64,000 nt of DNA from Ferroacidibacillus organovorans (GCF_001642725.1 NZ_LSUQ01000002.1:1-64000); one strand, 5' to 3'; numbered from the stretch's first letter, positions 20,671 to 32,638 are shown. Made by a program: numbers and translations. Notes: generated by a model not told the origin, from the sequence alone.

Positions 20671-20693
20671 CACGATTGAATCGACGCTCTCGA

Positions 20694-21968
20694 TTAGCTG
20701 AGCGGATTAGACTGCGCGGCGCTCACGATCGCGCTCACGAAATTGTTGACATTGTGATTGCTTACGAAGATTTCCATCGCATTGTTAAAGTTGTTCGTGA
20801 ACCCTGGGTTGACTGCACCTTGACCAATGATCAGGACGAGTCGGTCGCGCTTGTAAGACATCATCGCAGAGCGTGAGTAGGCGTTATATTTCGCCATATT
20901 GGAGTCAAGCCGCGGCGAGAAGGTGCCTTTGAGCGGGTTGAACGTATCCTGACCCACTTTGGAACCCAGCACTTTCAAGAAGTTGATCGTCGGCGTATCG
21001 TTTTTCAGTTTTGACGGAAGTCCAAAGACGTCCGAGACTGCGCCAAACACGCCGTGGGTTTGCGGGGTCGCTGCCCAACCGAAACCAACACCTGGTTTGA
21101 GGTGCAACGCAGTCGAGAAGTAGCCTTGCGCCCAGTCGCCCATGACGTTCATGGCCGCTTTGCCTTGAGCCACAGCTTGATCCGCCTGTTGCCAGTGAAG
21201 CGCAGTGTAGTCCTTGTTCGCGTAACCGAGCATTCTTACGAACGTGTTCGCGGCTGCTTTTACGCCAGGAATGTTCCAGGAGGCGTGTCCTGTCAGCAGT
21301 TGGTCGTATTTCACTGGACCAACTGTGCCCAAGAGAACGTCACTGAAAAGAAGCGTTGCTTCCCAGTTGCCGTGGTTCGCGAGCTCCAGCGGCGTGATGC
21401 CGTGGCTTTTTAGAACCGCCGCGTCGTGGAAGAACTGCGGGAATGTTTTTGGCGCGGTGAGATGGTACTTTTTAAAGATCGTCGGATTGTACCAGAGGAC
21501 GTTCGCGCGCTGCATGTCAACCGGAACACCGTAGATCTTCCCGTTAAACGTCATCAAGTTCAGAAGCGAGCGAGGGAACACTTTGTACCAACCCTCAGAC
21601 TTATACAGTGCGTTGAGCGGTTTCATATCCCCCGCCTGCACCCAACTAAGAAGCGAACCGCCACCTGCGTGCACTTGGAAGGTGCCCGGTGGGTTGCCCG
21701 CCTCCATGCGTCCCGCGAGAACGGCTTTCGCGTTTGAACCAGCGCCACCCGCGACAGCGTCATTCGTGACTGTGGAACCTTTGTACTGGTGCTCATAAAT
21801 CGTCATGAGTGACTTCAGTGCCTTGCTGCTGGCGACTCCCGTCCACCAACTAAAAATCTGAAGATCCGATTTGGCTGGCGCCGCCGCGAATGCAGGCAAT
21901 GCGCTCCCCGCCATCGTCAGTGTCAAAAGCGCTGCTGAACTAAGTGCAATCAGACGGTTGCGTTTCAT
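20694..21968 (-). CDS. Sugar ABC transporter substrate-binding protein (glucose/mannose type)
   Basis: FSWWT, AVAGGAG, PPGTFQ, MGDW motifs; GGGGGA RBS before ATG 21968. Confidence 0.9.
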   Translation of the reverse strand: MKRNRLIALSSAALLTLTMAGSALPAFAAAPAKSDLQIFSWWTGVASSKALKSLMTIYEHQYKGSTVTNDAVAGGAGSNAKAVLAGRMEAGNPPGTFQVHAGGGSLLSWVQAGDMKPLNALYKSEGWYKVFPRSLLNLMTFNGKIYGVPVDMQRANVLWYNPTIFKKYHLTAPKTFPQFFHDAAVLKSHGITPLELANHGNWEATLLFSDVLLGTVGPVKYDQLLTGHASWNIPGVKAAANTFVRMLGYANKDYTALHWQQADQAVAQGKAAMNVMGDWAQGYFSTALHLKPGVGFGWAATPQTHGVFGAVSDVFGLPSKLKNDTPTINFLKVLGSKVGQDTFNPLKGTFSPRLDSNMAKYNAYSRSAMMSYKRDRLVLIIGQGAVNPGFTNNFNNAMEIFVSNHNVNNFVSAIVSAAQSNPLS

Positions 21969-22004
21969 GAATAATCCCCCTTGTCGATTGTTCGTGATAA
22001 CTCT

Positions 22005-22018
22005 TGTGAACGCTTTCA
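22005..22018 (-). promoter_or_regulatory. cre (CcpA) site upstream of sugar ABC operon
   Basis: TGAAAGCGTTCACA fits the TGWAARCGYTNWCA-type consensus. Confidence 0.7.
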
Positions 22019-22311
22019 AAATTAAGTGAAAATCCATGCGCTTTAGACAAACGCCCCATGCCACGGATGTATGTAAAACCAATCAACCAAGATAACAAAA
22101 TATGGGTTGATCCGGTCTAATTTCACCTATTTTGCGTCCATCAGAGATCTTACTTTGGATATTAAACTATGTATCTATGGATTGCAATCCTTTTGTAATC
22201 TTTTTCGCACGGACAATGCCAAATTTTTGCCTTTCGTCTCACCTTTTACATAAGCAAGATGACTTTGGACACCCTCTTTAGTGAATGCAGATGTACAGGA
22301 GGAGTGCTCGC

Positions 22312-22893
22312 TTGAAAAAAACAAATCAATTTATGTACTCTGTGTTGCTCTGTACAGCCCTTCAGCTTCCCATTGCTGTCAATACGTTCGCCGCGACACC
22401 TTCGGACGAGTACAAGGGACCTCCGAACGGCGAGATCGAGTTTCGCGTTGGCTCTCCAAAAACCACAGTCATCGCGGGCGCTCGCGTGATCGTCATCAAT
22501 CCTGACGGCAAGATCCTAACGACCGGTCTGACCGATTCAACTGGAACGTTTCGCGCGAACGTCCCTTTTTATATCACAGAGTGGAATGAAAATCTGAAAA
22601 CGAAGGGTATCGTTACGGCGATTGCTGTGGCAACCGGCTTCAACGGTCAGGTTGTGTTCATCGTCCCGATCACCAACCACACGGTGCAACCCATCATCTT
22701 GCAGCCAATTACTCCGAACGCGCGCAATTTTCCATCCGCGTCACTCGGCAATATCCACCAGCAAGACTTGCGCGGGTTTGTCGCGCACTATGCCGAGGAA
22801 TTGAAGCTAAAACAGCAGCCGGCCATTCCGGGTGACCCTGGTTACCTGCCGTGGAGCCCAGAGCAAAAGAAATCTGGGGCAGCCAAACCATGA
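22312..22893 (+). CDS. Secreted hypothetical protein (beta-rich, carboxypeptidase-regulatory-like segment)
   Basis: AGGAGGAG RBS before TTG 22312, signal peptide, IAGARVIV...GLTDSTGTF pattern. Confidence 0.65.
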   Translation: MKKTNQFMYSVLLCTALQLPIAVNTFAATPSDEYKGPPNGEIEFRVGSPKTTVIAGARVIVINPDGKILTTGLTDSTGTFRANVPFYITEWNENLKTKGIVTAIAVATGFNGQVVFIVPITNHTVQPIILQPITPNARNFPSASLGNIHQQDLRGFVAHYAEELKLKQQPAIPGDPGYLPWSPEQKKSGAAKP

Positions 22894-23507
22894 AGAGAGC
22901 GAAAAACACGCTTCTCGCGGGATTCATCGCAATGGGTAGCCTGTGTGTTGCCAGTCCTAGACCCGCGTCGGCACAAATGCAATCCGTCTACAACACATCG
23001 TACCCATCCGTCATTCGCGTCGCCATTCGCGCGTATAACAACCCGGTCAGCCCAATTCTCTATGTGCAAACGGTCGGCTTTGAGGAATATTGCAAAGACG
23101 TCCTGCCCAATGAGTGGTATCCAACCTGGAGTCCCGAGGCGCTCAAAGCGGGGGCCATCGCCGTCAAAATGTTCGCCTGGTATCACACGCTTCACCCCGT
23201 CACGCAGAGTGGTTTCACCTATGATGTCGACAACACGACCAATTTCCAGCAGTTCAGATATTTGAGCGGCCAAACCGTGACCGATCAGGCGGTGCAAGAC
23301 ACGTGGAATTATGTTTATGCGCCGTCAACGGGAGAGATCATGGAATTATCGTATCGCGCCGGGTTTCCGAATCGCGAAAATCGCGGATTTATCGGAACGA
23401 ACATCATGGCGCAGTGGGGATCAGAATACTTTGGCCAAATCGCCAAAATGCTGTTCCCAAACATCCTCAATCTGTACTATCCGAGCTATCTGCTCAAATT
23501 TGTGTAA
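22890..23507 (+). CDS. Secreted SpoIID/LytB-domain protein
   Basis: EEYCKDVLPNEW...PEALKAGAIAVK, TTNFQ, MAQWGS, ILNLYYP; ATGA overlap with upstream gene. Confidence 0.8.
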   Translation: MKRAKNTLLAGFIAMGSLCVASPRPASAQMQSVYNTSYPSVIRVAIRAYNNPVSPILYVQTVGFEEYCKDVLPNEWYPTWSPEALKAGAIAVKMFAWYHTLHPVTQSGFTYDVDNTTNFQQFRYLSGQTVTDQAVQDTWNYVYAPSTGEIMELSYRAGFPNRENRGFIGTNIMAQWGSEYFGQIAKMLFPNILNLYYPSYLLKFV

Positions 23508-23539
23508 AGCAACGTCCCACGCCACGCCTCTTCGCGCTG

Positions 23540-25459
23540 CTAGCGATCACGGGTGTGGTATGGGATTGTCGACACGACAACATCCTGATTGCGCAAAAAC
23601 CATGCCTGAATGACGAAATTCCTCTGATTGTGAAGCCCAAACTGCCACCACACGCTCGGCACCAACTGTGGCAAAAGAATATGAATATGGTCTGGCTCTC
23701 TCCCTTCACGCGTCTGCAATCGCTTGACAAGACGCGTTAACGGTTGAAGGACAGACCGATACTCATTCTTAAAGGCGAGCAGTCGGCACGGCTCTCCCCA
23801 GGCTTTCCACTTTGCTTCCACAGCGGCGATCGACTCATCATCAAATCCTATGTACACAGCGATCAAATCCTGTGCGATGCTCTTTGCAAACGAGACCGAT
23901 TGCAGGGCGATGCGATCAATATCAGACAGGAGCAGCACAGAGATCACGTGGTGCTCTTCTGCCAGTTCTGTCTGCACATCAAGCGCAAGCTCACGCTCAA
24001 GCCGCGCATAGTGACGCCTGATCATGAGCGCCAAACTCACCATCAGCGGGATGGCAAAAAGCACAATCCATGCGCCTTGTGAAAATTTTGTCGCCGAAAA
24101 GACGATCGTAACAAGCGCCGTGACGACAGCGCCAACCGCATTGACAAATGCCTTCCCCTGCCAACGCTTCGTTCTAAGCTTCATCCAGCGTTTCATCATG
24201 CCGATTTGGGCGATCGTAAACGACATAAACACGCCGATGGCAAAAAGCGGAATCAGTGCATTGGTTTGCGCCTGAAAGACCACGAGCAAGACAGAGGACA
24301 GCAGTGCGAGCACCATCAAGCCGTTTGAAAACCCGAGTCGGTCACCGCGCAAACTGAGCGCTTCCGGCAAAAACTTATCCCTCGCAACCAGCGCCATGAG
24401 TTGCGGAAACCCAGTAAACGTGGAGTTTGCCGCGATGATCAAAACAAGAAATGTGCTCCACGTGATGATCTGATAGATTGGACCGTGACCGAAGTAGACG
24501 GCAGTCAGTTGGGAGAGCATCGTATTGTTCGGTTTTACGGTGATTCCTTTGACATACAACTGGTAACCAATACCGACAAGCGTGATGCCTGTGACGATCG
24601 TCATCGTGACATAGGCCTTGATTGCGCCCATTTGCTTTGGCTCCCGAAAAATGGGAACTGCATTCGAGATGGTTTCGATCCCTGTCAACGACGAACAGGC
24701 TGAACTGAATGCCTTCAATATCAGCAGCAGCGTAAAACCCTTAGGCAACACGCCAAAAGGTGGGGTTTGCGGCTGGACAAATCCGTGAGACACGTCATTC
24801 GTCACGCCCCAACCGATGAGAAAGAGCATGCATGCGGCAAATAAAAAGTTGGGCCACGAAAACAGGGTGGCTGACTCCGACACACCGCGCAGATTGACAA
24901 GCGCAATCAACGCGACGCAAATGACCGACAAGACGGTCTCATCAGGCACGAGCGCAGGATAGGCCGATGCGATCGCCAGAATCCCCGCCGAGACAGACAC
25001 CGCGACGGTCAGCACGTAGTCGATCATGAGGGCGCTTGCCGCGACGAGTGAGATCCACGGTGACTTGAAGTTGTCGCGCGCAATCGAGTACCCCCCGCCT
25101 CCGTTCGGATAGGCGAGAATCCCCATGATGTAAGAGAGCACGATGATGAGAAGAAGCAATACGGTGGCGCCGACAATTGGCAGGATGAGCCACTCTGCAC
25201 CTCGTCCCAAGCCGACAAGCTCCGTGGCGCCCGCCTCAGGACCATACGCGACAGACGAGTAGAGATCCGCAGACAAAATCGGTAGCGCCAGATACCAGAC
25301 TAAATGTTGCTGGGCCTGGCCAAGTTCTCTCGTTTTAAGCGGTCTTCCGACGAGCAGTCGTTTGACCATGCGAAACCCCGTGATTCTCCCCACAATAAAA
25401 AGGGTGGCGATCAGAAGGAGCGCAATGAGTTGCCAAATGGGTACTCCGATATCATTCAC
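23540..25459 (-). CDS. kimA: KimA/YdaO-like APC-family K+/H+ symporter
   Basis: KRLLVGRPLK, LSADLYSSVAYG, YPNGGGGY, IDYVLTVAVS, NLRGV.ES, TGIETISN, LHNQ. Confidence 0.82.
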   Translation of the reverse strand: MNDIGVPIWQLIALLLIATLFIVGRITGFRMVKRLLVGRPLKTRELGQAQQHLVWYLALPILSADLYSSVAYGPEAGATELVGLGRGAEWLILPIVGATVLLLLIIVLSYIMGILAYPNGGGGYSIARDNFKSPWISLVAASALMIDYVLTVAVSVSAGILAIASAYPALVPDETVLSVICVALIALVNLRGVSESATLFSWPNFLFAACMLFLIGWGVTNDVSHGFVQPQTPPFGVLPKGFTLLLILKAFSSACSSLTGIETISNAVPIFREPKQMGAIKAYVTMTIVTGITLVGIGYQLYVKGITVKPNNTMLSQLTAVYFGHGPIYQIITWSTFLVLIIAANSTFTGFPQLMALVARDKFLPEALSLRGDRLGFSNGLMVLALLSSVLLVVFQAQTNALIPLFAIGVFMSFTIAQIGMMKRWMKLRTKRWQGKAFVNAVGAVVTALVTIVFSATKFSQGAWIVLFAIPLMVSLALMIRRHYARLERELALDVQTELAEEHHVISVLLLSDIDRIALQSVSFAKSIAQDLIAVYIGFDDESIAAVEAKWKAWGEPCRLLAFKNEYRSVLQPLTRLVKRLQTREGREPDHIHILLPQLVPSVWWQFGLHNQRNFVIQAWFLRNQDVVVSTIPYHTRDR

Positions 25460-25495
25460 CCCAACTGCCTGTATCGTGAAATCGCACGTGCGAGA

Positions 25496-25534
25496 TGAGA
25501 AAAAATGCCTGCTGTATCGCGGGCATTTTTCTCA
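25496..25534 (-). terminator. Terminator between kdpC and kimA
   Basis: Minus strand AAAAATGCCCGC-GATACA-GCAGGCATTTTTT. Confidence 0.7.
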
Positions 25535-25549
25535 CTCACACCATCTGAC

Positions 25550-26152
25550 TCAACTATGCAGCGCTTTGTAAAGCGCCAAATTGAGTTCCAAAACGTTGAT
25601 ACGTGTACGTCCAAAAAGTCCCATGCTTGGTCCTAAGGTATTATTTTTAACCAATCCCGTCAAGAACGACTCACTCAAATGCGTGTATTTAGCGACGCGT
25701 GGGATCTGAATGAGCGCGGATTGCACGCTGATGTCAGGATCAAGTCCCGATCCGGAGCTCTCCACCAAACTGACAGGGATTTGACCTGTCGTCAAGCCAG
25801 GCGTCGTTTTTAGCAAATAAGCGATACGCTGCTTAATATCCGAAATCAGCGCAGAACTTGTCGGTCCATTATTGCTTGGCGCAGAGGCAAACGCGTTATA
25901 CGGTTTTGCTTTACCTGTTGAAACGGACAGCGTGGCAGATGGCCTTCCCCAAAAGTAATCGGGACTCGGTTGGAAATTCTGTCCGACATGCGCCGCGCCC
26001 ACCAAAACGCCGTTAACATACACGGGACTTCCCTGCGCCTGATACGGCATCACGAGATTGCTGACCCCGGTCATCACCAAGGGGAAGAGTAACCCCAACA
26101 AAACCCAAAGCAAAAGCGTGACGCCGATCATCGGTCTGAACATTCTTACCAT
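25550..26152 (-). CDS. kdpC: K+-transporting ATPase subunit C
   Basis: QAQGS, YFWGRPSA, SSGSGLDPDIS, QIPRVA, NVLELNLAL. Confidence 0.96.
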   Translation of the reverse strand: MVRMFRPMIGVTLLLWVLLGLLFPLVMTGVSNLVMPYQAQGSPVYVNGVLVGAAHVGQNFQPSPDYFWGRPSATLSVSTGKAKPYNAFASAPSNNGPTSSALISDIKQRIAYLLKTTPGLTTGQIPVSLVESSGSGLDPDISVQSALIQIPRVAKYTHLSESFLTGLVKNNTLGPSMGLFGRTRINVLELNLALYKALHS

Positions 26153-26187
26153 CGATCTTCCTCCTATCTCCTCGTGATCCTTGCGCG

Positions 26188-28203
26188 TTACGCGAGACCA
26201 AAGATGCCAAGGACTCGATCAATCACCCATATACCCGCAAACGGAATGATGACGCCAAGCACTCCCCAATTGAAGATGTTGCGGGCGAGCATCCGATCCG
26301 CCGATTCTGCGCGATACTTGACACCGCGAACCGCAAACGGAATCAGCGCTGGGATGATCAACGCGTTAAAGATCAGAGCCGACAAGATGGCGCCGTGCGG
26401 GGTCTTTAGCCCCATGATGTTCAGCGCGCCAAGCACGTGAAGAAGAGGCACGGACGCAAACATGGCAGGAATGATCGCGAAATACTTTGCGACGTCATTC
26501 GCAATCGAAAACGTCGTCAGCGCGCCGCGCGTGATCAGGAGTTGCTTGCCGACCATCACCACTTCCAGAAGCTTGGTCGGATTTGAGTCGAGATCGATCA
26601 TGTTGCCCGCCTCTTTGGCGGCCATCGTCCCGGAATTCATCGCGAGCCCTACGTCCGCTTGGGCGAGCGCCGGAGCGTCGTTCGTGCCGTCGCCCGTCAT
26701 GGCAACCAATTTTCCTTCCGCCTGTTCACGGCGAATCAACTCGATTTTGTCTTCCGGTTTTGCCTCTGCGATGAAGTCGTCAACGCCCGCCTCTTCCGCG
26801 ATGACCGCCGCCGTGATGCGGTTGTCGCCTGTCGCCATCACCGTGCGGATCCCCATTTCGCGAAAATCGCGAAACTTTTCTTTTAGGCCTGGTTTGACCA
26901 CGTCTTTTAAACAGATGATTCCAAGCGCCCGACCATCCACGGAACAGCCAAGGGGTGTCGCACCCTGACGTGCAACGTGCTCTGCGTATTGATCGAGTTC
27001 ATCTTGCGCGCCCGCGACGATCTCTTTGATGGCGCTCACCGCGCCTTTGCGAATCTGCCGACCATCGACGAGGTCGATGCCGCTCATCCGCGTGTGCGCC
27101 GAGAACGGGATCGGTTCGCCGTCCGCCTTCGGTAGCAGTTGAAGATTCAACATGCGCTGCGAAAGCTCGACCACCGAACGCCCTTCAGGCGTCGTGTCCG
27201 CAAGCGAAGACAAAAGCGCTGCGTCTGCCAGTTCCGCAAGCGTCACGCCAGAGACTGGAAAGAATTCTGTCGCCATGCGATTGCCAATGGTAATCGTTCC
27301 CGTTTTATCGAGAATGATCGTATCGATATCGCCCGCCGCTTCTACGGCGCGTCCACTCTTTGCAACGACATTCACTTGCGATACGCGGTTCATCCCAGCG
27401 ATCCCAATCGCCGACAAGAGCGCGCCAATGGTCGTTGGAATGAGACACACCAGCAGCGCGACGAGTGTCGTCGTGTCCGTCGCCCCCGATCCGTAATACC
27501 CGGCAATTGGTGCCAGTGTCACGACCACGAGCACAAAGATCAGCGTGAGCACGCCGAGTAGCGCAGAGAGCGCGATCTCGTTCGGTGTCTTTTGTCGCTT
27601 GGCGCCTTCGACCAGCGCGATCATGCGATCGAGGAACGACTCGCCCGGATGCGTCGTGATCTCGATGACCAAGCGATCGGACATAAGCGTCGTCCCGCCT
27701 GTCACACTGTCTTCGACCGTTTTCACGACAGGCGCCGATTCACCTGTGATCGCTGACTCGTCGATCGACCCGATTCCCTCGATAACCATGCCATCTCCCG
27801 GAATGACATCCCCGGCTTCGACGAGACAGCGCGTTCCCTTCTCAAGGCTCGCCGATTCGACGAGATCAAAGCCGCCGTCCGCGCGCAGAATCTTCGCCTT
27901 TGTCGAAGACTTCGTCTTGCGCAAAAAATCCGCCTGGGCGCGTCCGCGCGCCTCAGCATACGCCTCGGCAAACGTCGCAAACAGGATGGTGAAAAACAGG
28001 ATAACTGTCACCAATCCATTATAGAAGCGCGTTCCCGGCGTTGACGCCTGGATGGTGAACCAGAGGGTGACAAGCGTCCCGATCTCAACGACCATCATCA
28101 CCGGATTACGCACCATTTCCACTGGATTCAGCTTACGAAAGGTGTCTTTTAGCACTTGCATATTGTACCCTTTGGCCAACCGCAAGTCGTTTGTCTTTGC
28201 CAT
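26188..28203 (-). CDS. kdpB: K+-transporting P-type ATPase subunit B
   Basis: [31 protein letters not shown]. Confidence 0.97.
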   Translation of the reverse strand: MAKTNDLRLAKGYNMQVLKDTFRKLNPVEMVRNPVMMVVEIGTLVTLWFTIQASTPGTRFYNGLVTVILFFTILFATFAEAYAEARGRAQADFLRKTKSSTKAKILRADGGFDLVESASLEKGTRCLVEAGDVIPGDGMVIEGIGSIDESAITGESAPVVKTVEDSVTGGTTLMSDRLVIEITTHPGESFLDRMIALVEGAKRQKTPNEIALSALLGVLTLIFVLVVVTLAPIAGYYGSGATDTTTLVALLVCLIPTTIGALLSAIGIAGMNRVSQVNVVAKSGRAVEAAGDIDTIILDKTGTITIGNRMATEFFPVSGVTLAELADAALLSSLADTTPEGRSVVELSQRMLNLQLLPKADGEPIPFSAHTRMSGIDLVDGRQIRKGAVSAIKEIVAGAQDELDQYAEHVARQGATPLGCSVDGRALGIICLKDVVKPGLKEKFRDFREMGIRTVMATGDNRITAAVIAEEAGVDDFIAEAKPEDKIELIRREQAEGKLVAMTGDGTNDAPALAQADVGLAMNSGTMAAKEAGNMIDLDSNPTKLLEVVMVGKQLLITRGALTTFSIANDVAKYFAIIPAMFASVPLLHVLGALNIMGLKTPHGAILSALIFNALIIPALIPFAVRGVKYRAESADRMLARNIFNWGVLGVIIPFAGIWVIDRVLGIFGLA

Positions 28204-28228
28204 GTGACTCGTTTCCCTCCCCTTTCAA

Positions 28229-29929
<1,701 letters not shown>

Positions 29930-29945
29930 TCAACTCCTTATCCTG

Positions 29946-30029
29946 CTAAAATTTCTCTGGTCGAACGATGACAAAAACGAGATAAAGCATGACCACAATC
30001 GAAAGCGTCAATAATACCCAGTTCTCCAC
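29946..30029 (-). CDS. kdpF: KdpF small membrane peptide (27 aa)
   Basis: GGGGGAG RBS, GTG start, single TM ending YLVFVIVRPEKF. Confidence 0.88.
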   Translation of the reverse strand: MENWVLLTLSIVVMLYLVFVIVRPEKF

Positions 30030-30043
30030 GTCCACTCCCCCGT

Positions 30044-30127
30044 TCACAGCTTGTCGAGATAGCGCATCAGCGCTAGGGAAAAGCCAAATCCAATCAGTAA
30101 CAATGCGATCATGTAGAGATCGGACAT
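30044..30127 (-). CDS. KdpZ-like second small membrane peptide (27 aa)
   Basis: GGGAGG RBS, MSDLYMIALLLIGFGFSLALMRYLDKL, directly upstream of kdpF. Confidence 0.72.
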   Translation of the reverse strand: MSDLYMIALLLIGFGFSLALMRYLDKL

Positions 30128-30220
30128 AAAGCGCGACCCCCTCCCTAAATTTACAAGTCGCTTGTGCCTCACGTATTGTACCTCCCACCTCGTAAATAAC
30201 TTGCTAGATAGACGGCACAC

Positions 30221-30267
30221 AAACGTGAAAAAAAAATAAAAACGTGAACCTTTTTGGGGGTTCACGC
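30221..30267 (-). terminator. Terminator after kdpE whose T tract overlaps a putative KdpE box
   Basis: CGTGAACC/GGTTCACG stem then TTTTTATTTTTTTTTTCACG; TACAAT -10 downstream at 30180-30175. Confidence 0.6.
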
Positions 30268-30313
30268 TGTGTATCAAACTTGTGAATGGTATTTTCTTCA
30301 TATCCTTCACGAT

Positions 30314-31024
30314 TTATTCATCGTGGGCGGAAGCGTAGAGGATGTACCCGATTCCCGCAATCGTCACGAGATAGACGGGACGTTTGGGGTTAGGTTCAAG
30401 GTAAGAGCGTAGGCGGCGTACATACACCCGCAAATACTCATGCTGATCCTGATACTCTGGTCCCCAGATCTTGCCGAGCAGATGTTCGTGCGTGAGCACC
30501 TTTCCCGCGTGCTGCACCAACTCTTTCAAAAGGTTCCACTCGGTCGGCGTCAGCCTTGTCCGCTGTTCGAACGCTTCGACCTCACGCGTCTCATGCAGAA
30601 GGCGAAACGGTCCGCACGTCAGTTCCTCCTCAATGAGCAGGCTCTGACTTCTGCGCAGCAATGCGCGAATCCTCGCCATCAGTTCTTGGAGCGAGAATGG
30701 TTTTGTCATATAATCATCCGCGCCAAAATCAAGCGCGTGAATCAGATCAGACTCCGTGTTGAGCGCTGTCAGCGCCAAAATCGGAACGGACGTTATCTTC
30801 CTGAGTCGCTTGCAAAGCTCGAATCCATCCATCTCAGGCATCCGCATGTCGAGCACGACGAGACTTGGCTCTCGCTCAAACACCTGCTCAAGCGCCGCGT
30901 GGCCGTCACCGACTGCCGTCACGCGGTACCCTTCGAGTTCGAGATTCATCGAGAGCAAGCGACGGTATCTCTCTTCGTCCTCCACAATCAAGATCGACTC
31001 TGCCTGCTGCACCATTTTCTCCAC
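30314..31024 (-). CDS. kdpE: OmpR-family response regulator KdpE
   Basis: Receiver domain plus winged helix with HAGKVLTH...IWGPEY...YLRVYV. Confidence 0.9.
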   Translation of the reverse strand: MEKMVQQAESILIVEDEERYRRLLSMNLELEGYRVTAVGDGHAALEQVFEREPSLVVLDMRMPEMDGFELCKRLRKITSVPILALTALNTESDLIHALDFGADDYMTKPFSLQELMARIRALLRRSQSLLIEEELTCGPFRLLHETREVEAFEQRTRLTPTEWNLLKELVQHAGKVLTHEHLLGKIWGPEYQDQHEYLRVYVRRLRSYLEPNPKRPVYLVTIAGIGYILYASAHDE

Positions 31025-31027
31025 CTT

Positions 31028-32638
31028 TTACACCATGGGTATTTCAAAGCCGACTTCAAAGCCGCTCTTCGTATTTTGCGCAAAGACCCGACCGTTGTGT
31101 GCCTCAATAATCTCTTTGACAATGCTAAGCCCTAGCCCCGATCCGCGAATCTCAGAGCGGGCATGCTCATCGCCGCGATAAAAACGCTCAAAGATTCGCT
31201 CAAGGTCTTTACCCTGAACGCCTTTTCCGCAGTCCCGCACGCGGACGCGCAGGGTATCCGGGCGCATTTCAATGAAAAGATCAATGTGATCCGCCGAGTA
31301 TTTCAGTGCGTTATCAAGCAGGTTAAACGTTGCGTCCATCAATTCATCCGGGTCGCCCAAGAGGAATTCCCCGTGTTCATCGCAAAGGTGCAACGCGACA
31401 CGCGTTTGCGTCGAGAGTCTCTTTTGGATGCGTTTGATCCACTCGGCGCCGAGAAACGGACGTTTTTGAAGATGCGCGCCCGTCGCTTTCCACGTGGAGA
31501 CTTTCAAGAGTTTATCAATCTGATTCTCTAATTGTACACTCTCATCTACGATGAATTGCGCAAACTCTGCATGCTGGTCTTCAGACAGCCGTTTTCCGCG
31601 ATACACGAGCGTCTCCGCATACCCTTGGATCAACCCGAGGGGCGTCCGCAGTTCGTGCGAGACGTTTGCGAGCAAATCCGATCGCAGACGGTCCATCTCG
31701 CGATAGCGCGCAACATTCGCCGCATCCTCTTCCATCGCTCCATAGGTGAGAAGCACCGCGATCTCACGCGCAATAATCGCGAGCAAATCCGAGAGTTGAG
31801 CGTTCCACTGGCCCCCGTGCCCGCGCAAAACCAAGACACCGCGCGCGCGGTCGCGATCGATGAGCGGGTACACTGCCGTGTTGGGAATGCGAATTCCCGG
31901 CAGGATGGTGCCCACCTCAGCGTAGACTCCACTGTACCAGACCCTTCGCGTGCGCATGACTTCGTTGATCGCGCCTGCCTCGACATGCAAAAGCGCGTTT
32001 GGGATCTCGCGAATCGAGTCAGAAATAAGTGGACCACTTCTGCAGTATGAGCGCAGAGACACCCCGTCCTCCCCTTGAACCTGCTGTAACACCTCCGCAG
32101 AAGAGAGATCCGTGTAGATGGTCACCTGCTCAAGGATGTGTGTCATCACTTCTTTGACGCTGCCCGGTTTTACCGTCGCCAGCATCCAGCCGCCCGAGAT
32201 GGCCAGTAGCTTATCGCGAAGCAACTCCTGCTCGCGGATCAGTCGCGTAAGTTTCTTCTCTTTTACGATGTAAACCATCAGCACAAGGAAAATCGCGATC
32301 ATCCAACTAGCCTGCTCTGCAATTACGGCGCTGGGCGACGCGATCGCTCCCGCTTGCGCGATGGCGATGCGCTCCAAGGATGAAACATCATAGGTTAACG
32401 GCCCGCGAAAGGACGCGCCAAGCGCCTGGTTTGCCGCGCGCAACAGGTGCGTCACAAGCGCTGGATGGTGAAGTTCGCGCTGTCTCATCGCTTCAAACAG
32501 GCAGAGGAGTGCAAAATGGGATGCCCGCAGTCGCTCTGTCGCCACACTCCACGCGTCAGAAATCTTCCAGACGATGATGGATACGGTGACGACAAGCGCC
32601 AAGGTCATCCATATACGCTGCGTTCCTTGTTTCGACAT
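31028..32638 (-). CDS. Sensor histidine kinase (2 TM, GAF, HisKA, HATPase), kinase half of a split KdpD
   Basis: VSHELRTPL, NLLDNALKYS, GSGLGL; RBS before ATG 32638; 3 bp upstream of kdpE. Confidence 0.88.
   Translation of the reverse strand: MSKQGTQRIWMTLALVVTVSIIVWKISDAWSVATERLRASHFALLCLFEAMRQRELHHPALVTHLLRAANQALGASFRGPLTYDVSSLERIAIAQAGAIASPSAVIAEQASWMIAIFLVLMVYIVKEKKLTRLIREQELLRDKLLAISGGWMLATVKPGSVKEVMTHILEQVTIYTDLSSAEVLQQVQGEDGVSLRSYCRSGPLISDSIREIPNALLHVEAGAINEVMRTRRVWYSGVYAEVGTILPGIRIPNTAVYPLIDRDRARGVLVLRGHGGQWNAQLSDLLAIIAREIAVLLTYGAMEEDAANVARYREMDRLRSDLLANVSHELRTPLGLIQGYAETLVYRGKRLSEDQHAEFAQFIVDESVQLENQIDKLLKVSTWKATGAHLQKRPFLGAEWIKRIQKRLSTQTRVALHLCDEHGEFLLGDPDELMDATFNLLDNALKYSADHIDLFIEMRPDTLRVRVRDCGKGVQGKDLERIFERFYRGDEHARSEIRGSGLGLSIVKEIIEAHNGRVFAQNTKSGFEVGFEIPMV

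Noticed and set aside
21969..22082. N-terminal extension of sugar SBP in ORF track
   Set aside because: RBS and signal peptide indicate ATG 21968; the extension covers the cre/promoter region
25460..25549. c-di-AMP (ydaO) riboswitch before kimA
   Set aside because: Region is too short and shows only a terminator hairpin; none recognised before kdpZ either
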